NCBI GenBank assembly: GCA_017458225.1 | Contig: JAFTFX010000006.1 | Location: forward strand, 76,103-140,102 | Reading direction: 5' to 3' | DNA: 64,000 nt | DNA from: Prevotella sp. | Lineage (GTDB): Bacteria > Bacteroidota > Bacteroidia > Bacteroidales > Bacteroidaceae | Part shown: positions 51,968 to 60,136 of the stretch, piece after piece | How the letters are laid out: each line of letters opens with the position of its first letter | Numbering within the stretch: the first letter of the stretch is position 1 | The notes under the pieces: model-generated | Database searches by the model: none | Told to the model about the DNA's origin: nothing | What the model saw: only the letters and a program-made list of their open reading frames with translations | Position numbers and translations under genes: made by a program

Positions 51968-53928
51968 ATACTGACGAAGAACGCTATCTCTGCCTGTTGT
52001 CGCACACCTTCCCAACTATTGCCGATGCTGCAGGCGAAATCATCAATCTGGAAGCTATTCTGAACCTTCCGAAAGGCACCGAGCATTTCCTTGCCGACAT
52101 CCACGGTGAGCATGAAGCCTTCATCCATGTGCTGAAAAATGCCTCGGGCAACATCAAGCGAAAGGTGTCTGAGATATTCGGAACCACCATCCGCGAGGCT
52201 GAGAAGAAAGAACTCTGCACGCTTATCTATTATCCAGAGCAGAAACTGGAACTCATCAAGGCCGTTGAACAGGATCTTGATGACTGGTATCACATCACCA
52301 TTCACCAACTGGTGAAAGTGTGCCGTGAGGTATCGTCGAAATACACCCGCTCAAAAGTACGCAAGTCGCTGCCCGAAGAGTTTTCCTATATCATTGAAGA
52401 GCTGCTCCACGAGCGCCCCGACGATCAGGACAAGGCTGCCTATGTGGCTGTCATCGTCGATACCATCATCTCAACTGGCCGCGCCGACGATTTCATCATA
52501 GCCATTTGTAACGTCATCCACAGGTTGGCCATCGACCAGTTGCATATTCTGGGCGACATCTACGACCGTGGCCCTGGTGCACATATCATCATGGACACCC
52601 TTCGCCAATATCACTCATGGGATATCCAATGGGGCAACCACGACATGCTCTGGATGGGAGCCTCAGCCGGCAATGATGCCTGCATCTGCAATGTGCTGCG
52701 CCTGTCGTTGCGCTATGCCAACCTGGCCACCCTCGAGGAAGGCTACGGCATCAATCTGGTTCCGCTGGCCACCTTTGCCCTCGATACCTACGGAAACGAC
52801 CCCTGCACAGAGTTCATTCCCAAGCTGCTGAAAGGCACTTCGATGGACGTAAAGACCCTGCAACTGACGGCCAAGATGCACAAAGCCATCTCCGTCATTC
52901 AGTTCAAGTTGGAAGCAGCCATTTTCCATCGCCGCCCGGAGTGGAACATGGAAGACCGCTGTTTGCTGGAGTATATTGATTTCGAACACCAGACATGCAC
53001 CATCGACGGCAAGGCCTATGCCATGAAGTCGTGCCACTTTCCGACCATTGACCCAAAGAATCCGTCGGCCATGACTGAGGAAGAGACGCTCCTCATGCAA
53101 AGACTGCACCATTCGTTCCGCGTCAGCGAGAAACTGCGCAAGCACATTCGCACCATTCTCAGCCACGGCTGCATGTACAACATCTGCAATCAGAACCTGC
53201 TGTTCCATGCCTCTATTCCACTCAATGCCGACGGCTCGCTGAAGAGCGTGGAGATTCTTGGACAGAAATATGCTGGCAGAGAACTCATGTCCTACATAGG
53301 CCAGCTTGTCCGTGCTGCCTTCCAGAACGACACGCCTACTGACCTGAAGCAGTATGCGAAGGACTATTTTCTCTACCTCTGGTGCGGCAAGGACTCTCCC
53401 CTCTTCGATAAATCGAAGATGGCCACTTTCGAGCGTTATTTCCTGGAAGACAAGGAGACCTACAAGGAAGAAAAAGGCAACTATTTCCTGCTTCGCGACT
53501 CTTCTGATGTCTGCGACCGCATCCTCGATGCTTTCGGCATTCAAGGCCCCAACCGCCACATCATCAATGGCCACGTGCCTGTACATGCCTCCAAGGGCGA
53601 AAACCCCATCAAGGCAGGCGGACGACTGATGGTTATCGATGGAGGGTTCTCTGAAGCCTATCATTCCGAGACAGGCATTGCCGGCTACACGCTGGTCTAT
53701 CACAGCCGTGGCTTCCAACTGGTGCAGCACGAGCCGTTCACCAGCACCGAAGATGCTATCATGCAAGGCACTGATATCAAGTCGACCACGCAGATTGTCG
53801 AGATGTCTACCCATCGCATGCTGGTAGCCGACACTGACAAAGGGCAAGAATTAAAGGCGCAGATCAGCGACTTGAAGAAGCTGCTCTACGCTTATCGTCA
53901 TGGCATGATCACAGAAAAGCGGAACTAA
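51964..53928 (+). CDS. fbp: Class III fructose-1,6-bisphosphatase
   Basis: LPKGTEHFLADIHGE, GDIYDRGP, WGNHD, INGHVPV and IDGGFS motifs. Confidence 0.95.
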   Translation: MNTDEERYLCLLSHTFPTIADAAGEIINLEAILNLPKGTEHFLADIHGEHEAFIHVLKNASGNIKRKVSEIFGTTIREAEKKELCTLIYYPEQKLELIKAVEQDLDDWYHITIHQLVKVCREVSSKYTRSKVRKSLPEEFSYIIEELLHERPDDQDKAAYVAVIVDTIISTGRADDFIIAICNVIHRLAIDQLHILGDIYDRGPGAHIIMDTLRQYHSWDIQWGNHDMLWMGASAGNDACICNVLRLSLRYANLATLEEGYGINLVPLATFALDTYGNDPCTEFIPKLLKGTSMDVKTLQLTAKMHKAISVIQFKLEAAIFHRRPEWNMEDRCLLEYIDFEHQTCTIDGKAYAMKSCHFPTIDPKNPSAMTEEETLLMQRLHHSFRVSEKLRKHIRTILSHGCMYNICNQNLLFHASIPLNADGSLKSVEILGQKYAGRELMSYIGQLVRAAFQNDTPTDLKQYAKDYFLYLWCGKDSPLFDKSKMATFERYFLEDKETYKEEKGNYFLLRDSSDVCDRILDAFGIQGPNRHIINGHVPVHASKGENPIKAGGRLMVIDGGFSEAYHSETGIAGYTLVYHSRGFQLVQHEPFTSTEDAIMQGTDIKSTTQIVEMSTHRMLVADTDKGQELKAQISDLKKLLYAYRHGMITEKRN

Positions 53929-53966
53929 AACTGCGAAAGTACGTTTAAATAAATTCGAAAACACGA

Positions 53967-54767
53967 TTACAACTCAAAGATGCCAGTAGGAACCGTACGC
54001 TTCAGCACCTCGAGTTCAAAGTCTTTTCCTGCCACGATGCCATAGGAGCGAAGTACCGATTCCACGGTCTTGCGAGCCAGCTCGGGATGGTTGTTCTCCT
54101 CCGACAGATGGCAGAGCCACACATGGCGCAGGCGATCAGTGGCATTTTGGGCTATAGCCTCTCCGCAATCGTCGTTGCTTAAGTGACCAGTAGTGCTGAG
54201 TATGCGCGACTTCAGATAGGGAGGGTATGGTCCCTGCATCAGCATCTCCTTGTCGTGATTGGCCTCAATGACCAAATATTGTGCACGTGCAATATATTGC
54301 TGCATCTCGTCAGTCACGCTTCCAGCATCGGTGATGATGCAGAATGACGTGTCGCCAACGGCAATAAAATAGCCCACGTTGTCACTGCTGTCGTGAGGTA
54401 CATGAAAGGGTGTTACCTGAAACTCCCCCATCTGTTCAGTCACGCCAGCCGTCACCTTGCAACGCTTGTCCAAGCTCACTTTCCGTTGCACGCAGTAGTT
54501 GCGGTCAATGCCTTTGTGCACTTTCTCAGTAGCATAGACGGGCAATTGCAGATCGTAGCTGATGCTCCCCACCGACTTGATATGGTCGGCATGATCGTGA
54601 GTGATTAGCACGCGATGTATCTGCGGCATTTTCAGCCCATAATCCTTGAAATGCTTCTTCAAGGTTCTGATGCCTACGCCCACATCAATCATCAGTCCGT
54701 CTGTTTCGGTATATAGAAAATAGCAGTTTCCACTGCTCCCACTTCCAAATGAAATGAATTTCAACAT
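53967..54767 (-). CDS. MBL-fold metallo-hydrolase (YycJ/WalJ-like)
   Basis: GSGSSGNC, THDHADH, HD, EANHD, GHLSN and HLSEENN motifs. Confidence 0.88.
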   Translation of the reverse strand: MLKFISFGSGSSGNCYFLYTETDGLMIDVGVGIRTLKKHFKDYGLKMPQIHRVLITHDHADHIKSVGSISYDLQLPVYATEKVHKGIDRNYCVQRKVSLDKRCKVTAGVTEQMGEFQVTPFHVPHDSSDNVGYFIAVGDTSFCIITDAGSVTDEMQQYIARAQYLVIEANHDKEMLMQGPYPPYLKSRILSTTGHLSNDDCGEAIAQNATDRLRHVWLCHLSEENNHPELARKTVESVLRSYGIVAGKDFELEVLKRTVPTGIFEL

Positions 54768-54849
54768 ACGTATGTTATGCTCGTTTTTTTATCTTAGTGT
54801 CCTTATATATATCGTGATTATTCCCGTTTTATTATATCAGCAGCTGTTG

Positions 54850-57081
54850 TCAGAACGGCATGCCGACAGCAAAATGGAATGCATAGTCGCGGCTGAAGCG
54901 AGGATGCAGAATTGGATAGTGCTCTTCGTTCTCCGCCTGAAAAGCTGGATTCACCGCCTTCATGCCCAAGTCGAAACGTAGAATGAAGTAGTCAAAGTTG
55001 AACCTGATGCCTGCTCCGTAACTGACGGCTATCTGCTCATAGAAATCATTGAAATGGAACTGTCCGCCCTCTTGCTCGGCATTGGCCTTCAGAGTCCATA
55101 TATTGCCCGCATCGACAAAAAGTGCCCCACCCAGTTTCCAGAACAACTTAGTGCGATATTCTGCATTTAGGTCCAGCTTCATGTCACCCGTCTGATTGAT
55201 GAAGTTGATTCGACCGTCGCTTTCCTTGAACTTACCGGGACCTAACGAACGCACACTCCAGCCACGCACACTATTGGCTCCGCCCGAGAAATATCGTTTC
55301 TCGAATGGCAGCAAACTGCTATTGCCATAGGGATAGGCAACGCCGAGCCCCAAGTGGAACACTAACTGGTTGTTGCGGTCTATCTGCAACGAACGGGTCA
55401 GGTCGATATCGCCTTTCACATACTGTGCGAAGGCTATGTTGAACAGGCGATACTGCCCTATGTCGTCTTTCTTTAGCCGGACTGTTTTTGAGATGGCCGA
55501 CAACACGTTACCCGAAGTCTCAATGTTGCCCTTCAATGCAAAGACCGCGTTACTATACGAGTAGCCAAAGCCTATCTTCGTGATGAACAGATCCTCATAG
55601 TTATAGCGCAGGATAGCATTTCGCGAGTTCTCCGTTTCCAGATACTCCTTGCGGAAAGTGTCTGAAATCCAAGGCATAAAAACATAGTCCAAGTCGAGAA
55701 GGTCCACTTGATAGCGCGCCTTATGCTGGGGAAAATGCCATTTGTATCGCAGCACTCCTGACAACACACGCCGATGAAACTCCGGACGGTTCTGAATGTC
55801 ATAGCGCAACGACACCTCGCTGGTAGCATCGATACTGTGATTGGCTCCTTTGCCGAAAAACGGAATGATAAATCGTGGAAAGGTCAACCGTGTCTCCATT
55901 GAGTATTCAATGAAGTCCTCCTGTGCAGAGTAGCCTTCCAGTCCGTTGATAGCCTCGTAGGCCCCACGCAGTTCTACGCTCAGCACCTCGCTGCCCCTGA
56001 ACAAATTGCGGTTCTGGTAAGTAATAGAAACAGCTGCACCAAGGTCGCCAGCCGTGTTGGTTCCTTCTGGCTGGAAACTGATAGTCGACGGCTTGTTCGT
56101 CTGCAGCGTGATATTACAATCCAGCAATGCCGTATCGGGAATCTGCCGTAGCGAAATGTTGGTGTACTTAACTGCCTGCAATCGTCCGAAATGATTATAC
56201 GTATTCTGCAACTTAGTTCCCGAATAGGGCTCGCCTGCCTTCAGGTAAGTACACTCGTCCAAAACACTCTTCCGCAAGCGTACACGATTGTCGTTGGCAT
56301 CACCGCTGGCATAGTTGATGTTACGAATCAAGTATTGCGTGTGCAGCGTGTCTGGCAAGTGATTCCTCTTATACGGCTCCAGCTTGAGCGTCAAGTCCAC
56401 CAGCGGATAGCCCTTCAGCGTATCAGCATGATAGTTGATGTATTCCTTGTGGAAACGGAAATAGCCTTGATCATTCAAATATTTCGTGATCCGCTTGCGC
56501 TCAGCATCCAGTTTCTGAGCATCGAACCTCATGCCCTCCTTCAACAGCCGGCGCGTACTGTCGCCTACCCACTCCAATCTGAGTGCTATCAGTTCGTCAC
56601 CGATGTCATAGCGCAACCTGCGGATAAAATAAGGTATTCCTGGATGAAGATGATACACCACGTCGGCCTTTTTCCCATGCTTGCGCACTTCCGAAGTTAC
56701 CGCCGCCCTCAGAAAACCTTCATTGTACAGTTCCTGCTGCAGTTCCATACAAGAGCGGCGCGCCAGCATACTGTCGTAAATGACGGGTGCCTCACCTATG
56801 GAGCGCAAGAAACGGTTCATCCATTTCGTAGTGTCACGACCAGAAAGCGAATAGGTTGCCAGCGAAGTCTTGAAGAGGGAGAACAAACGGGAATTGGGCG
56901 ATTGCTTCACCGTGCTTTTCAGCTGCCCCACATTGATATGTTTACCCTCTTTACCCTCCACTTCTAGTTTGACGCTGTTCAGCAAAAACTGGTCATCCGG
57001 CACATAACGGGTAGTGGAGCACGATGCCAGTAAAGCCACCACACCCATCAGCGTCACCAAGTGGAAAATCCGTTTTTGCAT
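54850..57081 (-). CDS. tamL: Omp85-family lipoprotein (TamL-like)
   Basis: Lipobox LASC from ATG 57081; POTRA-like region; FSGGANSVRGW, FVDAGNIW and FAVGMPF motifs; -7 box at 57091-57098. Confidence 0.8.
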   Translation of the reverse strand: MQKRIFHLVTLMGVVALLASCSTTRYVPDDQFLLNSVKLEVEGKEGKHINVGQLKSTVKQSPNSRLFSLFKTSLATYSLSGRDTTKWMNRFLRSIGEAPVIYDSMLARRSCMELQQELYNEGFLRAAVTSEVRKHGKKADVVYHLHPGIPYFIRRLRYDIGDELIALRLEWVGDSTRRLLKEGMRFDAQKLDAERKRITKYLNDQGYFRFHKEYINYHADTLKGYPLVDLTLKLEPYKRNHLPDTLHTQYLIRNINYASGDANDNRVRLRKSVLDECTYLKAGEPYSGTKLQNTYNHFGRLQAVKYTNISLRQIPDTALLDCNITLQTNKPSTISFQPEGTNTAGDLGAAVSITYQNRNLFRGSEVLSVELRGAYEAINGLEGYSAQEDFIEYSMETRLTFPRFIIPFFGKGANHSIDATSEVSLRYDIQNRPEFHRRVLSGVLRYKWHFPQHKARYQVDLLDLDYVFMPWISDTFRKEYLETENSRNAILRYNYEDLFITKIGFGYSYSNAVFALKGNIETSGNVLSAISKTVRLKKDDIGQYRLFNIAFAQYVKGDIDLTRSLQIDRNNQLVFHLGLGVAYPYGNSSLLPFEKRYFSGGANSVRGWSVRSLGPGKFKESDGRINFINQTGDMKLDLNAEYRTKLFWKLGGALFVDAGNIWTLKANAEQEGGQFHFNDFYEQIAVSYGAGIRFNFDYFILRFDLGMKAVNPAFQAENEEHYPILHPRFSRDYAFHFAVGMPF

Positions 57082-57773
57082 AAATTTGTGCAAAGATACG
57101 AAAAAAAGGTTGTAACAAACGAGTGATTTTGGAAGATTAACGCAATTCGACCTGAAATAAGACCGCTCGGCGACGATAGGAGACGCTTGCCAGAGCAAGA
57201 ACATAAAGGAAACTCCGCGAAGCGCCTGAGCACCTGTAAAAGAAAAGAATACGCGAAGAACGAAAAAGTAAAAAAATGAGGAAACGCAAATTGGGAGAAT
57301 TGATGAAAGAGGCTACACCCTCTTGCCGCATCACAGTGCGGCATTCCCTGCAAGCAGGGATTTCACCAGATACAATATGTGTCCTATGGGAAAATGGGAT
57401 AAACTGGGGAACGTAACTTGTACATGATTTACAAAAGTCGTTCAGCACTACCATTTCGAAATTTAAGTGGTAGCGTCTTTATTTGCTCTTCTGTGATGAA
57501 GAACGAAAATCCTTGCAGTCGGGTAAATAGATCTTCGCTGTTAGCTTTTAATTGGTCCTCCATCTTCGCAAATTCTTTGCAAACGTAGCACATTATGAGC
57601 ATAACACCAAGGAAAAAAGAATCCACCGCTCGGCCTTTGGACGCTTTCTTAAAGAAAGAAGGCTTGCGGAAGTGCATTTTTTTGTATAAAAGTGGTTAAG
57701 ATTACGAATAATTGTGTAACTTTGTGGTCAAAAATTGGCAAATCGCAATAGAGACACCTAAAACAGAGGAAAT

Positions 57774-58061
57774 ATGACAAAAGAACAACGGACGGCAATA
57801 GCTCGCATTATCAGCGATATGATCAAGGCTGATAATATCATTGAGGAGAGCGAGATACGGGACATGAAACGGCTCATGTCTGAGTACTCCATCACTCACC
57901 AAGAGATGAGCGATGCCCGCAAGATTCGTTTCTCTTATGCTGTCAATACGTTGAAGGAATTGTCTATCAAAAAACGAAAGGTGTCCTCACAAGCCTCCTT
58001 TTGGTTCCTTCGTAGCGAGGGGGTAGCAAGGAGCAAGCGTAGAGCGAGTTTGGGCCTTTAA
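57774..58061 (+). pseudogene. Truncated TerB-like protein
   Basis: IISDMIKADNIIEESE matches the TerB AD..I...E motif. After about 57980 the frame runs into unrelated GC-richer sequence. Promoter TAACTTTG at 57717-57724. Confidence 0.5.
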
Positions 58062-58149
58062 GAGAAGCTTGATAGAAATAGGAAAGAGCATGAATACACC
58101 TTGAATTGTGCATGAAGATAAAAGAAGTAAAAACGAATAAAGGATATTT

Positions 58150-60060
58150 ATGTCGATTATAGATTTCATAAAAGGCCTGTTTGGTGAAGAGCCCAATCAG
58201 AGTTCCAACGTGGTTGAAGACAAGTCTGTAAACTCGGACGTTATGATTGACAAGACTCCGACCTTAGAGAACGTGGCTCGTTTTGTCATCAAGACAAGAA
58301 AGAGTAAGTGCGCAGATATCCAAAGGTATTTCCAAATAGGTTATAAACTTTCTGGGGACTTGATGTCGCAACTTCAGCAGAATGGAATTTTGGATAACGC
58401 TAATAATGTGTTGGTTGATACCAATATCTCTGATGATAAATTGACGAAATTGTTGAGTCAGGCAACACCAGATACAATAGATTGCCATCATGTTTCATCA
58501 GCCTCCGGTTTTGAGATAAAAATCATCTCTTCATCCCCCATCAACATTGAATCATCCATTAAGACCTATATACCGGGGCTATCGAATTATGAGTGCTACA
58601 TAGTTTTCGATACAGAGACTTCTGGTTTGTCACCCCAACAAGGCCATGAGATTCTTCAGATTGGAGCAGTAAAATACAACACTCGCACAGGAGAAACAAT
58701 TGATACTCGAAGTATCTACATTAAGCCATCCCCCAATTGTGTAATAGAACCAGCTGCTTTGCGTGTCAACGGTATAGATATAGAAAAGTTGAAGCAAACA
58801 GGCGTATCAAAAGGTGAAGCAATCAAAACTTTCATCGAGTTTATAGGTTCCTACCCTCTTTTTGCATACAATGCGCCTTTTGATATGCGATTCTTGAAAT
58901 CCACATGCGAAATGGTTAACGTTCCTCTACCGACAAATCCTGTGTGTGACGTCCTTGCGATGGTTAGAAAACTATCTTTGCCAACTGAAAACAACAAGTT
59001 AGGAACCATTTCTGAACATTTCGGATTTACAGGAGGTAACTATCACGAAGCCATAAAGGACTGCGACGCTACCAATTTCGTGCTCCGCAAAATTTACTTC
59101 AATGAAGAAGGAAAGCCTGTCGGTAAATCGGTTGACAACATACACTTAAACCTTCACAAAGGTGGGGTCGCGCTTGAGCCTTACATTGAGCAAAATATGT
59201 TGGAACTTGACGTGTATTCTCGCTTAACAGGTGAGTACCTGTTTACTAAAAACATAAGGCAATGTGCAGAAAAGGGAATATACGTATCCTATAATACCGT
59301 AAAGGATTTAGAAGGAACTTTGTGGACCACCGATTATGGCATTAGGTTGCATGAAGAGTCGAGAGGAAAGTTAGAGCCTGATATTTATTATGGAAAGCGC
59401 ATCATCGACGTATATTCCAGAACGACTGGTGAATTCCTTTTTACTAAGACATTGGAAGAATGTGCAAGTTTAGCTTCGTCTTTATCACAAAAGAAGATTG
59501 CAAATGCCACAATAGAAATGAGTTGGCTAGGCGAATATGGTTTCCGGGCTCACGAACAAGAACCGCAAGCCAAGATAGAGCGTGACTTCACCTATGGGAA
59601 GCGTCTCATTGATTGCTATTCCAAAGAAGGAGATTTTCTGAAAAGATATGATAGCATTTCCGACATCGTCACCGAGCTGGGCTTTGCTGGCGATAGTCCC
59701 ATCAAGACCATGCTTCGCCAAGACAAGATAACGTATAATCTGAATGGGTATATTTTTATCTATGCGACATCAGAACAGCCAATTCAGAAAATCGAAGGTG
59801 CATCATTGACGAAAGAGGCGAAGCGTCCCATATACGTATTCGACATTGACGGAAATTATCTCAATGTTTTCCTGAAGATAACAGAATGCACAGCGGCGTA
59901 TGGCTTACAAGCCGAAGGAGTAAGAAGATGTTTATCTGCGGGCAAGCCTCAGTATAATGGCTACATCTTCAGATATTCCAATACGCCATTGAGTGAAGAA
60001 GAATTGGCGGCTGCCAAGGAGAATTACGCTTATCGGGAAACGTCTAAAGTAACAAACTAA
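58150..60060 (+). CDS. Fusion of an FtsK-gamma-like wHTH, a DEDDh 3'-5' exonuclease and four NUMOD1-like repeats
   Basis: VARFVI..RKSKCADIQRYFQIGY..SGDLMSQLQQNGI; VFDTETSG, YNAPFD and HEAIKD; repeats such as IDCYSKEGDFLKRYDSISD...GYIFIY. Confidence 0.8.
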   Translation: MSIIDFIKGLFGEEPNQSSNVVEDKSVNSDVMIDKTPTLENVARFVIKTRKSKCADIQRYFQIGYKLSGDLMSQLQQNGILDNANNVLVDTNISDDKLTKLLSQATPDTIDCHHVSSASGFEIKIISSSPINIESSIKTYIPGLSNYECYIVFDTETSGLSPQQGHEILQIGAVKYNTRTGETIDTRSIYIKPSPNCVIEPAALRVNGIDIEKLKQTGVSKGEAIKTFIEFIGSYPLFAYNAPFDMRFLKSTCEMVNVPLPTNPVCDVLAMVRKLSLPTENNKLGTISEHFGFTGGNYHEAIKDCDATNFVLRKIYFNEEGKPVGKSVDNIHLNLHKGGVALEPYIEQNMLELDVYSRLTGEYLFTKNIRQCAEKGIYVSYNTVKDLEGTLWTTDYGIRLHEESRGKLEPDIYYGKRIIDVYSRTTGEFLFTKTLEECASLASSLSQKKIANATIEMSWLGEYGFRAHEQEPQAKIERDFTYGKRLIDCYSKEGDFLKRYDSISDIVTELGFAGDSPIKTMLRQDKITYNLNGYIFIYATSEQPIQKIEGASLTKEAKRPIYVFDIDGNYLNVFLKITECTAAYGLQAEGVRRCLSAGKPQYNGYIFRYSNTPLSEEELAAAKENYAYRETSKVTN

Positions 60061-60136
60061 CGTATCAGGGGGATGAACTAGGAGCAGACAACTGCGTTCT
60101 TTATTGAATGAGCAAGAAAGGTAGATATTAGTATAG

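Noticed and set aside
57320-57370. Cobalamin riboswitch resemblance on the minus strand (GGTGAAATCC...GCCGCACTGTGA)
   Set aside because: It lacks the upstream GGGAA and the downstream B12 box, the stems do not pair as required, and the downstream gene has its own promoter and no B12 link.
57429-57677. 82-aa minus-strand ORF
   Set aside because: No recognisable motif, no clear promoter, and it overlaps a hairpin-rich region; I cannot support it as a gene.
58150-60060. Housekeeping DNA polymerase III epsilon (dnaQ)
   Set aside because: It carries extra DNA-binding domains, has atypical composition and lies in an island.
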